DNA from: Candidatus Latescibacterota bacterium | GTDB lineage: Bacteria > Latescibacterota > UBA2968 > GCA-2709665 | Direction of reading: 5' to 3' | Assembly: GCA_965248435.1 (NCBI GenBank) | Contig: OZ252100.1 | Span: 2,624,001 to 2,688,000, forward strand | Length of the DNA stretch: 64,000 nt | In this document: piece after piece, positions 9,406-19,090 of the stretch | Layout: each line of letters starts with the position of its first letter | How positions within the stretch are numbered: the stretch's first letter is position 1 | Notes under the pieces: generated by a model | Seen by the model: only the letters and a program-made list of their open reading frames with translations | Database searches by the model: none | What the model was told of the DNA's origin: nothing | Translations under genes and position numbers: made by a program

Positions 9406-9732
9406 TCACTCATTTTTTTCCTCGCCATCCTTTAACCATCGCTTCAAAACCTTGGCCGCGATCTCCGCTTGTGAACCCTTCAATTCGAAGCGTTCCTTTT
9501 TTCGGTCGCTCGGCCTGGGATACTCCTCCATCGCGTCATCGAGCGCGATCTGGTCCTCCAGGTCACCGGCTTCGGTTCCTCCTCCACCCAAACCAAAAAA
9601 CCCACCACCACCACTGCCGCCGCCGCCATCAGCCGAACCAGAGCGCCTGGTCCAAATCGTGATACCGGCCAGAATGACGCCCAGGACGATAATGATCGCC
9701 AGGAGCATAGTTAATTGTTCGGAGAAACCCAT
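9406..9732 (-). CDS. Single-TM hypothetical protein with Gly-rich linker
   Basis: N-terminal TM helix, poly-Gly linker, C-terminal AEIAAKVLKRWL helix; first gene of the minus-strand run. Confidence 0.7.
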   Translation of the reverse strand: MGFSEQLTMLLAIIIVLGVILAGITIWTRRSGSADGGGGSGGGGFFGLGGGGTEAGDLEDQIALDDAMEEYPRPSDRKKERFELKGSQAEIAAKVLKRWLKDGEEKNE

Positions 9733-9892
9733 AACACTCGATAATTTCGCCGATATCAGAGCTCAAGTCAAGCGGAAACAGGGAAACGAAATTCGGTCGG
9801 ATCAGTAAAAAAAGGTTGCACTTCCGCGGGTTTGAAATAGATTTTGACCTTCGGATCTATCGTTGATATTGTGGGCCAAGGAGACGAATTAG

Positions 9893-11113
9893 ATGAACCC
9901 ATCTCAAAATGCTGAAGAAATGGACAAGAAATACGTAGAGGATGCGCCCAGCACAGAGTTCGCCTCTCTACTTGAAGAGGTCCCCGAAAAAGAAGGCGTT
10001 CAGGAAGTTTCCGTCGGACAGCGTGTCTCCGGTAAGATACAGGAAATAGGAGATTCCTACGCATTCGTCGACTTCGGGTGGCGAAGCGAAGCCGTCATAA
10101 ACCTTGAGGACCTCCGAGACAAGAAGGGGGATCTCCAGTATGCTCCGGGCGATCCGATTGAGGCCTATGTAGCCTCCATCGAGGATGAAGTGCTGCTTTC
10201 CTTTTCGCTCCGTGCCTCGACCATAGACGAGGTCAGAACGGCCTTTGAAAACGGCCTTCCAGTGGACGGACGTGTAACAGGATTTAACACAGGTGGGTTG
10301 GTCGTAAATCTGGCGGGACGCAGGGCCTTCTGCCCGCTCTCACAGATCGAAGCCGGGGTTTCTGAAAAGCTTGAATCATACGCCGGAAAGACGTTCACCT
10401 TCAAGATTCTGGAATTTAGAAAGGGCGGCCGTGACATCGTCCTCTCAAGGCGGGCCCACCTGGAGCGCGAAGTCGCTAGACTCGCTCAGGAGCTCCGCTC
10501 GAAGCTCGAAAAAGGGAAGGAAATGGTCGGCAAGGTAACACGCGTCGAGCGGTTCGGCGCCTTTGTGGACCTTGGTGGGATAGAGGGACTCATCCACGTT
10601 TCCGAGCTTTCCCACGGTAGAGTGCAACATCCAGGAGACATCGTTTCGGAGGGCACGGAAGTGCAGGTCAAGATCATCGAACTAAAAGACCTGGGAAAGA
10701 AGAACGAACGTATCTCTCTCTCCATAAAGGCCCTGATGCCGGACCCGTGGGAAGAGGCGCTCGAGCGCCTTTCTGAGGGGGACGTAATCAGCGGCCGAAT
10801 CGTCTCGGTCAAAAAGTTCGGGGCCTTCGTCGAGGTATGTCCCGGTGTGGAGGGACTCCTCCACGTCTCCCAGCTGACGGGTGAATCCGGTTCCGGAAAG
10901 AAGGTTTCAGTAGGGCAGGAAGTTCAGGCAAGCATCTTGAAGATTGATCGCGGTCAAAAACGGATCTCCTTGTCCATGAAGGCCGCGCGTGAGGAGAAAG
11001 AAAAGGAGATCAACGCCGGGGAGGTGAAAGAGTTCCACAGCCGCCAGGAGGACGCCGACCAATCGGATGGCGGACCCATGGCCGATGCCTTAAGGCGCGC
11101 AGGACTCGCATAG
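9893..11113 (+). CDS. Ribosomal protein S1-like RNA-binding protein (about four S1 domains)
   Basis: Repeats RAFCPLSQI, FGAFVDLGGIEGLIHVSELS, FGAFVEV.PGVEGLLHVSQ; AAGGAG RBS. Confidence 0.9.
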   Translation: MNPSQNAEEMDKKYVEDAPSTEFASLLEEVPEKEGVQEVSVGQRVSGKIQEIGDSYAFVDFGWRSEAVINLEDLRDKKGDLQYAPGDPIEAYVASIEDEVLLSFSLRASTIDEVRTAFENGLPVDGRVTGFNTGGLVVNLAGRRAFCPLSQIEAGVSEKLESYAGKTFTFKILEFRKGGRDIVLSRRAHLEREVARLAQELRSKLEKGKEMVGKVTRVERFGAFVDLGGIEGLIHVSELSHGRVQHPGDIVSEGTEVQVKIIELKDLGKKNERISLSIKALMPDPWEEALERLSEGDVISGRIVSVKKFGAFVEVCPGVEGLLHVSQLTGESGSGKKVSVGQEVQASILKIDRGQKRISLSMKAAREEKEKEINAGEVKEFHSRQEDADQSDGGPMADALRRAGLA

Positions 11114-11131
11114 GGAAACGATGAGGACACC

Positions 11132-11491
11132 TTGGGATCATCTCGGACTTTCGAAACGGACCTCGATGCCCTCAGACAAGAAGTTAAGGTCTATACGTTC
11201 AGACGCGGCGGCAGAGGGGGTCAGCACAGAAACAAAGTAGAAAGCGCCGTCAGGCTCGTCCACGAGCCATCTGGACTTGCGGCGGTGGCAGCGGAGCACC
11301 GCGTTCAGGGGAGAAATCTTCGGCTCGCCTATAAGCGCCTCCAACGAAAGCTCATCCTCAAAAACCACACAAAAAAACCCCGCATCTCGACGAAACCTTC
11401 CCGAACTGCAAAAACCAGGCGATTGGAACAGAAACGCCGCCAGGCCCAAAAAAAAACCTTGCGGCGTCGCATCCTCTCCACTCAGATTTAG
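11132..11491 (+). CDS. Short release-factor-like peptidyl-tRNA hydrolase (ArfB-like)
   Basis: GGRGGQHRNKVESAVRL GGQ motif, no codon-recognition domain, very basic C-terminal tail. Confidence 0.8.
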   Translation: MGSSRTFETDLDALRQEVKVYTFRRGGRGGQHRNKVESAVRLVHEPSGLAAVAAEHRVQGRNLRLAYKRLQRKLILKNHTKKPRISTKPSRTAKTRRLEQKRRQAQKKTLRRRILSTQI

Positions 11492-11518
11492 ACGGCGGCA
11501 GGTCTCTGTCCTGCCTTT

Positions 11519-11708
11519 CAATCCGCAATCCCCAATCCGCAATTTCTTGCGATTCCCGATACCCGTGTTTTGCTTTCCCCGGGGCGACGCGTGCGTCGCC
11601 CCTACACCGCCGATCTCCTATGATATCCGGTACCCGTTCTTTGCTCTGCGTCCTCCGCGCCTCTGCGGTGAGATTTTTCTTTTCGAACGACGAACAACGA
11701 ACCACGGA
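11519..11708 (+). repeat. Composite intergenic repeat copy 1 (heptamer runs, GTAG-type REP palindrome, GGTACCCG motif)
   Basis: caatccg-type heptamers 11519-11543; palindrome ggggcgacgcgtgcgtcgcccc-tac 11581-11605; core nearly identical to 36657-36770. Confidence 0.85.
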
Positions 11709-11725
11709 GTTTTGAGATACGTGCC

Positions 11726-12649
11726 TCACAAGACCCCGGCCTCCTGCAGGGCGATCCGAATCTCCTCCTCCTCCTCCGGTGAGGGCGGGTTCATCGGTGC
11801 CCTGACCAGTCCGCCAGAACGGCCCTGCATACGCATCGCTGCCTTCACGCGTGCGGGCAGATTCGGTCCCCTCAGCGACATCCAGACCCACAAGAGCCGC
11901 TCGTGTAAATCCTGCGCCTCTGAGTGCCAGCCCTCCTGAACGGCCCCCCACAGATCCAGACAGACCCCCGGAACGGCAGTCAGAATGGCGGTAATGGCAC
12001 CCTTGGCCCCCAGACAGAAGGACGGATAAAGAAGGTCGTCCACGGAAGCCATAACGATCCCTCTGCCCAAAAGCCGAACCTGGAGCTCTGCCAATGCGTG
12101 CAGGTCGCCCGTGCCCTGTTTTACGCCCACCACTTCATCCACGTCCCACACGATCCGAGTCAACACCTCCGGTGAGGCATACGACCAGGGCACCCCATTG
12201 TTGATCAGAACCGGGAGTCCCACCTCGGACCCGATCGTGGAATAGTAGTCGTAGAACCCGGCCTCGTCGGGTGCAAAGAGATAATGGACGGGTGGGACCA
12301 GAAGCGCAGCGATACCCACGTCTCGCAGCATTCGGCCTCGAAGCACGGCCTGCCGGGTAGAATTGACGATGAGCCCGGCAATAACAGGCACACGGCCGTC
12401 GGCCTCCTGCACAGCGATTTCGGCCAGAGACCAGATCTCATCCGCGGTCAGCGTCTGCCCCTCTCCTGTGCTGTCCCCTACCGCGAGGCCGTGTAAGTCC
12501 GTGTCGATCAGATAGTGAACCTCTTCTCGAAAGGCGTCTGTGTCGACGGTCCCTCTCTCGGTAAAGGGTGTAGCCATCGGAGGAATGATCCCACTCAAGG
12601 ACAGGCTTGTGTCCTTCCACCTGGCTTGCTGCCTTCTTGGTTGAGCCAT
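11726..12649 (-). CDS. Dihydrodipicolinate synthase (DapA-like) family protein
   Basis: GIIPPMATPF, GDSTGEG, Schiff-base lysine in VVGVKQ. Confidence 0.88.
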   Translation of the reverse strand: MAQPRRQQARWKDTSLSLSGIIPPMATPFTERGTVDTDAFREEVHYLIDTDLHGLAVGDSTGEGQTLTADEIWSLAEIAVQEADGRVPVIAGLIVNSTRQAVLRGRMLRDVGIAALLVPPVHYLFAPDEAGFYDYYSTIGSEVGLPVLINNGVPWSYASPEVLTRIVWDVDEVVGVKQGTGDLHALAELQVRLLGRGIVMASVDDLLYPSFCLGAKGAITAILTAVPGVCLDLWGAVQEGWHSEAQDLHERLLWVWMSLRGPNLPARVKAAMRMQGRSGGLVRAPMNPPSPEEEEEIRIALQEAGVL

Positions 12650-12713
12650 TCTTTCGACCTCCTGGGACCTAGAGCCTTAGCGAGGACCGGTTCCGATTCC
12701 TGATGCGTTACCT

Positions 12714-13745
12714 TTATGCACCCCTTGACACGTCTGTTTGTTTAAAGTGATCGAACCCCGCTAACTCAAGTTCCCTTCGTCCATCCGCATCCTCCAGGTG
12801 TAGCTGATCCCTTCCTTCCTCTATCCGTCCGATTTGTGAGAGCGGAGGCGTTCCTGTCTTTTCTTCCAGCGAACGAACGCGCTCGACGCCTTCAGGCTTT
12901 ACCGTGAACAGAAGTTCGTAATCCTCCCCGCCTGATAGCGCCTTCGATAGAACGTCGGTTTCCGTTGCCTCACCGAAGGCTTCACACGCTGGAGACAACG
13001 GGATGTCATCCGACAGAATCACCGCCGCAACCTCGCTTTGGCTGCAGATATGTCGCAAGTCAGAGGCGACCCCATCCGAAAGATCGATCATCGCCGTGAC
13101 GACGCCCGATGCTGCGAGCCGCTGTCCGAGTTCCACCCTTGGCTGTGGGCGATGATGGCGTTTGAGCAAAGCGCTGCGGTGCTCCGACGGGATCTCGATA
13201 TCCAACCCCCGAACCAGTTCCAGCCCTGCGGCGGAATCGCCCAGTGTCCCGGATACGTAGATCAGATCCCCCGGTCTGGCCCCGGATCTGTAGCAAATCT
13301 GATCCTCGGGCATTTCTCCGATCAACATCAGGTTCAGCACGAGCGGCCCCGGACTGCGCGTTGTGTCACCTCCTGAAATGTTCACCTTGGACAGGCTGCC
13401 GTAGGCGTGCAGGCCGTCATAAATGCGTTCCACATAGCCGACATCGAAGTCGCCCGGAATCGCGACCGAAACGACAGCATCCCTCGGGGTCCCCCCCATG
13501 GCTGCGATATCCGAAAGGTTGACAGCCAGAAGTTTGTAACCGAGCCCCTCGGGTGCGGAGGCGCCAGTCAGAAAATGCACCTCCTCCACCATCAGGTCGG
13601 TCGTCACCAGCAGGGCCCTGCCCGTTCCCAAAGAGAATACGGCGCAGTCGTCCCCGATCCCACAAAGCACGCCCTCCTCGCGCACGATTCCGTGTTCCGA
13701 AATTCGTTCGATGAACCCGAATTCACCCAGTTCGCTGAATCTCAT
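12714..13745 (-). CDS. thiL: Thiamine-monophosphate kinase
   Basis: GIGDDCAV, VNLSDIAAMGG, GGDT, DLSDG, GGEDYELLFT. Confidence 0.95.
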   Translation of the reverse strand: MRFSELGEFGFIERISEHGIVREEGVLCGIGDDCAVFSLGTGRALLVTTDLMVEEVHFLTGASAPEGLGYKLLAVNLSDIAAMGGTPRDAVVSVAIPGDFDVGYVERIYDGLHAYGSLSKVNISGGDTTRSPGPLVLNLMLIGEMPEDQICYRSGARPGDLIYVSGTLGDSAAGLELVRGLDIEIPSEHRSALLKRHHRPQPRVELGQRLAASGVVTAMIDLSDGVASDLRHICSQSEVAAVILSDDIPLSPACEAFGEATETDVLSKALSGGEDYELLFTVKPEGVERVRSLEEKTGTPPLSQIGRIEEGRDQLHLEDADGRRELELAGFDHFKQTDVSRGA

Positions 13746-14515
13746 CAGCTCTTATCCCGCCCCCTTTGCCAGGCCACTACATCACGATAGCTGACGTCTC
13801 CCCCGAAAATATCCAATGCACTTCCGATCGTCAAATCCACCCGACCGTTTCCGAGGGCGTCCACGCGATCCAGGTCTTCGATCCCATTTGCACCCCCAGC
13901 GTAGGTCACAGAAAGTGGCGACCACGCGCTCAGGTTCTTTACAAGCGCGGTTTCGATCCCCAGCCTCTTGCCTTCCACGTCCACTCCGTGAACCAGGAAC
14001 TCGCTGCAGAAGTTCGCGAGCCACTCCAACGCCGCCCGGCCAACCTCCAGCTTCGTAAACCGCTGCCATCCCTCCGTCACCACCACGTAGATTTCACCTC
14101 GCTTGCGGCAGCTCAGATCAAGCACCAACCGATCACGACCCACCTCGGCTACCATTTTCCCCAGCCTCGCTTCGTCAACCTCTCCGTTCCGGAAGACGTA
14201 AGAGGTGACGACCACGTGACTCGCCCCGGCATCGAGGAACCGGCCGGCATTTACCGGCGTGATCTCTCCACCCACCTGCAGACCGCCCGGAAACGCCCGA
14301 AGCGCAGAGAGGGCCTCAGATTCATTCCCTGGCCCCAGCATAATCACGTGACCGCCCAGGAGGCCATCCTCCTGATACATACGTGCGTAGTCCGCTGCCG
14401 GGCGCTCCGTCTCGAAGTTGCGGTCAGGTCCGCTGTTTTCATCTCGACGCAGGCTGCCCCCCACGATCTGCGCGACGCGTCCATCCAGAAGATCGATACA
14501 AGGCCTGAACCTCAT
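13745..14515 (-). CDS. hisA: ProFAR isomerase, eukaryote/HIS6-type
   Basis: MRFRPCIDL..G.V.QIVGG, GGHVIMLG, LVLDLSCR, EFLVHGVDVEG, DLTIGSALDIFGG; start trimmed to ATG at 14515. Confidence 0.9.
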   Translation of the reverse strand: MRFRPCIDLLDGRVAQIVGGSLRRDENSGPDRNFETERPAADYARMYQEDGLLGGHVIMLGPGNESEALSALRAFPGGLQVGGEITPVNAGRFLDAGASHVVVTSYVFRNGEVDEARLGKMVAEVGRDRLVLDLSCRKRGEIYVVVTEGWQRFTKLEVGRAALEWLANFCSEFLVHGVDVEGKRLGIETALVKNLSAWSPLSVTYAGGANGIEDLDRVDALGNGRVDLTIGSALDIFGGDVSYRDVVAWQRGRDKS

Positions 14516-14631
14516 CGGCTGCTCCAAGGGGTGGGCGTCCCAAAGCAGACGCAATATACAGTACATTCTGTCCGCATTCAAACAACCCGCGTGAGTACTT
14601 TGCCCTCGATCCTTCCGTGAGTGGATCGATG

Positions 14632-14657
14632 AAAAAAAACCAGAGGAAGGCCTCTGG
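14632..14657 (-). terminator. Rho-independent terminator
   Basis: ccagagg-cctt-cctctgg followed by T8 on the minus strand, downstream of the oxidoreductase. Confidence 0.8.
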
Positions 14658-14691
14658 CGACTCGTCACGCATCGCTTCTACGTGTTCGAAC

Positions 14692-16086
14692 TCACTTCGA
14701 TTCAGGGCCGAGGGGCTCAAGGTTTCCGAGCATCGTCGGCACAAGCTCGGCCACCGTCGGGTGAATATGGACCGCCCGCTGAATCACGGTGTAGGGCGCC
14801 CTTGCATACATCACGTCCAAAAGCAGGTGTACCACCTCATCTCCCCCGATGCCTAAAATTACGGCACCGAGGATCTCCTTGGTCTCCGCATCCACGTACA
14901 CCTTCATGAATCCATCCGTTTCGCTCCGCTCCCGGGCTCGTCCCACCCTCTTCATCAGCATTTTTCCGACCAGTACAGGACGGCCCGAGGCCCGCACCTC
15001 CTGCTCCGTCATTCCTACCCTTCCGAGCGGAGGATCGATAAAAAGACCGTAGCACGGAATCCGGTCGCTCACCCTGCGGGAATCCCCATCGAAAAGGTTG
15101 TCCGCGATGATCTCATAGTCATTGTAAGAGGTATGGGTAAACGCGCCTCGCCCGTTACAGTCCCCCATCGCCCAGATTCCTGCTACATTCGTTCTCAGCT
15201 CATCGTCTACCCGAATGAATTCGCGATCGTCCACCTCCACGCCGGCGTTGCCCAAACCCAGGTCGCCCGTGTTGGGACGTCGACCCACAGCGATCAACAG
15301 ATGAGACCCCTTCACCTGAAACTGCCCCGCTTCCCCCTTCATGTGGACCACGATCTCCTCACCCTGTTTCTCAACCCGCTCGATCTCTGCGTTAAACAGG
15401 ATTCCGATCCCCTCCTTCTCGAGAATCTCACGAATCGCCTCCGAGACATCTCCATCCTCTCGTGAAATGATTCGGGGCCCCCGTTCGATCACCGTCACTT
15501 TGCTCCCGAACCGTCTGTATATCTGCCCGAACTCGAGTCCGATGTAACTCCCACCGACAATCATGAGATGATCGGGTAGAAAATCCACTTCCATCATACC
15601 GGAGTTGGTGAGGTAGTCTACCTCTGCAAGGCCCGGAATCTCCGGCACAAAGGCGCGTGCCCCCACATTCACGAAGATCCGGTCTGCCTCCAACACGTCC
15701 TCTCCCACCTGAACTCTGCTGGAATCCACGAAGCGGCCGTGTCCTCGGTATATCCGAACATTCTCCAGACCCTCCATCCAGCTCGTCACGCCTCGGTTCG
15801 AAGATCCGGAAATTTCATCCTTGCGGGCCTTTACCCGCTTCATATCCACCTTCACGGGCCCGTCCAAGATGACCCCGAAGTCCTCGGCCCGCCTCGCCAC
15901 GTGAGCGGCACGGGCGCTCGCGACCAGCGTTTTGGTCGGGATACAGCCCACGTTTACACAGGTACCTCCAAACAGATGCCGCTCGATCACGGCCACCTTC
16001 AGACCCTCTTGATCGAATCGATCGGCCAGTGCCGGGCCGGATTGTCCGGTGCCGATCACAATCGCATCGTATCGAGTCGCCATCAA
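14692..16086 (-). CDS. Pyridine nucleotide-disulfide oxidoreductase (Lpd/MerA-like)
   Basis: GTGQSG FAD motif, GGTCVNVGCIP redox disulfide, HIHPT..E; no MerA C-terminal Cys pair. Confidence 0.9.
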   Translation of the reverse strand: MMATRYDAIVIGTGQSGPALADRFDQEGLKVAVIERHLFGGTCVNVGCIPTKTLVASARAAHVARRAEDFGVILDGPVKVDMKRVKARKDEISGSSNRGVTSWMEGLENVRIYRGHGRFVDSSRVQVGEDVLEADRIFVNVGARAFVPEIPGLAEVDYLTNSGMMEVDFLPDHLMIVGGSYIGLEFGQIYRRFGSKVTVIERGPRIISREDGDVSEAIREILEKEGIGILFNAEIERVEKQGEEIVVHMKGEAGQFQVKGSHLLIAVGRRPNTGDLGLGNAGVEVDDREFIRVDDELRTNVAGIWAMGDCNGRGAFTHTSYNDYEIIADNLFDGDSRRVSDRIPCYGLFIDPPLGRVGMTEQEVRASGRPVLVGKMLMKRVGRARERSETDGFMKVYVDAETKEILGAVILGIGGDEVVHLLLDVMYARAPYTVIQRAVHIHPTVAELVPTMLGNLEPLGPESK

Positions 16087-16326
16087 AACCCTCCGATCGG
16101 ATTGCTGTCTTTACCCTCGTTCGGCTACGTGGTTATGATGGTGAGTCTCTCGTGCCCTGTCAACAGAAACCCTTTGACCGCTCAGCGACATTCGAGAGCG
16201 ATTTCGGTTGACACAGCCAAATCCGGACCGCTATGTTACATCGATTATGTAGCGGATATTACGATCTTATTCTGCGAAAATTCTGAGGATTTGGCCCCGA
16301 TACGAGAGCCGGGAGGACATCGATTC

Positions 16327-17442
16327 GTGCAGGATCCACGCCTCAACAAACTCGCTGACCTCCTCGTCCGTCATTCTACCCAGGTGCAGGCGGGCGAGTC
16401 TGTCTTGATAGAGACCTTCGACATTCCGGAAGACATGGTCATCGCACTCATCCGAGCGGTTCGGCGGGCTGAGGGGATCCCGATGATCTCGAGCAAGACG
16501 AATCGAATCCAGCGGGAGCTGATCCGTGCCGGAGACGTGGAAGGTACGAAGCGAATTGCAGACTACGAGGCCTATCGGATGAAACAGGTGCAGGCCTACA
16601 TCGGGCTTCGTGGCAGCCATAACATCGCGGAAATGTCTGACATCGAAACCAAGGTGATGCACGTCTACGAAGATCTGTGGCTAAAACCGGTGCATTTCGA
16701 TCTTCGTGTGCCCAGGACCAAATGGGTTGTGTTGCGGTGGCCAACGTCTTCTATGGCACAGATGGCCAAGATGAGCACAGAAGCTTTCGAAGACTTCTAC
16801 TTCGACGTCTGCACCCTCGATTATGCGAAGATGGAAGATGCGATCGTGCCGTTGAAGGAGAGGATGGAGGAGACCGACGAAATTCACATCCTCGGAGAGG
16901 GAACAGACCTGAACTTCAGTATCAAAGACATCCCGGCCATTCCGTGCGCCGGGCGAAGAAATATCCCGGACGGGGAGTGCTTTACAGCACCTGTGAGAGC
17001 GTCCGTGAACGGAACCGTCCGTTTCAATACGCCCACACTCTACCACGGGATCGAATTCAACGACATTCATCTCGAGTTCAAGAACGGAAAGGTCGTTGAT
17101 GCCGATTCGAACGATACGGAAAAGTTGAACGAGATCCTCGACACGGATGACGGCGCGAGATACATCGGGGAATTCGCCATTGGTTTCAACCCCCACATCA
17201 ACATCCCGATGCTCGACATCCTCTTCGACGAGAAGATTGCCGGCTCCTTTCATTTTACCCCCGGCAAGGCTTACGAAGAGGCCGATAACGGAAACCGCTC
17301 GAGCATACACTGGGATATGGTGATGATCCAGACCCCACAGTATGGGGGTGGTGAGATCTATTTCGACGGAACGCTGATCAGAAAGGATGGCCTGTTTCTC
17401 CCAAAGGCCCTGGACGGCCTCAATCCTCAAAATCTGGAATGA
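16327..17442 (+). CDS. Aminopeptidase, M29 family (AmpS/AmpT-like)
   Basis: NIPDGECFTAP, GEFAIG.N, LFDEKI.GSFH, S.IHWD; GTG start after GGAGG at 16327. Confidence 0.92.
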   Translation: MQDPRLNKLADLLVRHSTQVQAGESVLIETFDIPEDMVIALIRAVRRAEGIPMISSKTNRIQRELIRAGDVEGTKRIADYEAYRMKQVQAYIGLRGSHNIAEMSDIETKVMHVYEDLWLKPVHFDLRVPRTKWVVLRWPTSSMAQMAKMSTEAFEDFYFDVCTLDYAKMEDAIVPLKERMEETDEIHILGEGTDLNFSIKDIPAIPCAGRRNIPDGECFTAPVRASVNGTVRFNTPTLYHGIEFNDIHLEFKNGKVVDADSNDTEKLNEILDTDDGARYIGEFAIGFNPHINIPMLDILFDEKIAGSFHFTPGKAYEEADNGNRSSIHWDMVMIQTPQYGGGEIYFDGTLIRKDGLFLPKALDGLNPQNLE

Positions 17443-17741
17443 GGTGGGATCCCTCGGCTCTTGGCTGGACCGCTCGGTGGGCGAACGGTGGAAGGCGTTT
17501 GCCTGGAGGAAACAACAGGCAGTTATTGCGCGTGGGGACCCTACTACTTGGAGTCAGCGGAGAGACAACGCCGTGCTACCGCACGGATGAGGTCCACGTC
17601 GGGCTCTGCGCCGCCCTGAATCAGCGTTGGTGTGGTGGAGTGACCTGCAGGGTTTTGAAGGCGGGTAAGATCCAGGTGGGAGATCGGGTCCACTTGCTTG
17701 AGCGTTATGCGTGCGCTTCCGCTTCTGAAAAAACGCAATAA
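17439..17741 (+). pseudogene. MOSC-domain gene remnant
   Basis: C-terminal MOSC-like 'GETTPC...GGVTCRVLKAGKIQVGD' without an intact N-terminal half. Confidence 0.55.
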
Positions 17742-17771
17742 TTCCACGTCGTCTGGCATTCAAGCTTCATC

Positions 17772-18890
17772 TCAACTTCCCTCCACGTAATTCCGAATAC
17801 CTTTCACAATCCTGTCTGCGTCCTTCTGACGGTTCTTGTGGAACCTCAGGGCCCACGCCTCGCCCATATCGTGCACATTGCGAATTTCCACCAGGATTTC
17901 TGCGCGCGCCTTGTTGTTTCTCAGGACGCCCAGGCTTCGGCCCTTTAGCTGCGCCGGGAGGTTCGGCTGATCCAGGGCCTTCTGCATGACCTGAGCAAAC
18001 TGTCGCGATTTCTGGTCCACCTTTCCCTTTCGCTTCAGGTAAATCGCGAGTGGACCTTTGGGTCTTTCCGGGCTGTTGTCCGCGTGGAGCGAGACAAAGA
18101 GACTCTTGCCCCGGCGCGCCTTCTTGAAGAATCGGTTTGCGATCCTCACACGCTGCGCCAGGTTTCGGCCGCCGGGCCTCACCCCCTCCGAATGCTTCCG
18201 GTTGATCCGTTCGTCATTATACACCTCATTCTGTTCGTGAACAAAGGTGATCACGGCCTGGAGATTCTCGCGAATGAGGTGGTTTGGACTGATCACCGTC
18301 AGCATTACATCTGCGCCAAGAAATTTCAACCTCTCATAGACCCGGAGGGCGATGTCGTAGACATACTCGTCCTCCACGACATAAACCGGCACCTTTCCGG
18401 CCCGATTCGAAACAATAGCGCCTGGGTCGATGCCTCCGTGTCCAGGATCGAGCACGATCTTCCAACCCGAAAGGGGAAGCCGCCGACTTCGGTTTCGCAC
18501 CAGCTTTGACCGAACCTCTGCATCGAGCGCCTTCAGGAGGGTGCGGGCATGCCGGTAATCTTTGAGCGGGCTCCAGGTGGATCGCTCCAGGTAGCGCTGG
18601 CTCTGCTGCGCCTGAACGCGAGGCTTTCGCCAATAGTAGGGGCCGTTCGGGGCCGCAATCTCATCCGGGTTATTGCCCAGTTTCAGAACCTGTCCGGGGT
18701 ACACCCGGTCGCCCTTGAGCTTGTTCAGGAGCTTGATCTCCTTGACGCTCATTTGATACAGACGAGCGATCGACCACAGAGAATCCCCCTTGCGCACCTC
18801 ATAAACGAGCGAAAGCCCCGCCGCTTCCCCCACAGCCATCTGAAGGAGCAGGAGTCCGAGACAGAGTCGGAGAATGGAGCGTGCGATCAT
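17772..18890 (-). CDS. LysM-domain N-acetylmuramoyl-L-alanine amidase (Amidase_3)
   Basis: Signal peptide, LysM YEVRKGDSLWSIA, LDPGHGG.DPGA, FVSLHAD, ILVE; start trimmed to MIARS. Confidence 0.9.
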   Translation of the reverse strand: MIARSILRLCLGLLLLQMAVGEAAGLSLVYEVRKGDSLWSIARLYQMSVKEIKLLNKLKGDRVYPGQVLKLGNNPDEIAAPNGPYYWRKPRVQAQQSQRYLERSTWSPLKDYRHARTLLKALDAEVRSKLVRNRSRRLPLSGWKIVLDPGHGGIDPGAIVSNRAGKVPVYVVEDEYVYDIALRVYERLKFLGADVMLTVISPNHLIRENLQAVITFVHEQNEVYNDERINRKHSEGVRPGGRNLAQRVRIANRFFKKARRGKSLFVSLHADNSPERPKGPLAIYLKRKGKVDQKSRQFAQVMQKALDQPNLPAQLKGRSLGVLRNNKARAEILVEIRNVHDMGEAWALRFHKNRQKDADRIVKGIRNYVEGS

Positions 18891-19051
18891 AAAGAAACGG
18901 GAACGAGAGATGGAGAGATCAGGTAGGGGTCTAAATAATAAGCGTTTACACCGCGATTGGCAAGAGATGCCCAGAACTCTGACAAACTGCCTGACAGAGG
19001 AAATACAAAACATTAGTATGTCAGGGGGGGTGTCTCGGACGCCGACTCAGG

Positions 19052-19090
19052 TTGGGAGTTTTCACCTTCTGGATGGGTGTTTTTCACCAA
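19052..19090 (+). promoter_or_regulatory. Tandem enhancer (UAS) sites, PspF-like
   Basis: ttgggagttttcacctt and tgggtgtttttcaccaa, two related sites about 90-130 bp upstream of a sigma54 promoter. Confidence 0.65.

Noticed and set aside
11277-11951. ORFs of 220 aa and 197 aa spanning the intergenic repeat (also 36550-37154)
   Set aside because: They are translations of the repeat element and overlap real genes on either side
11726-12649. True dapA
   Set aside because: The usual catalytic Tyr position reads INN and the substrate motif is GDSTGE; assigned to the family only
12714-14690. TPP riboswitch near thiL, or FMN riboswitch near ribH
   Set aside because: No conserved aptamer core sequence was found, and both genes are tightly coupled to upstream CDSs
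14692-16086. Mercuric reductase merA
   Set aside because: No N-terminal metal-binding domain, no C-terminal Cys-Cys pair and no mer operon genes
15739-16326. Long N-terminal extension of the aminopeptidase ORF
   Set aside because: Overlaps the opposite-strand oxidoreductase; a good RBS and GTG at 16327 match the family start
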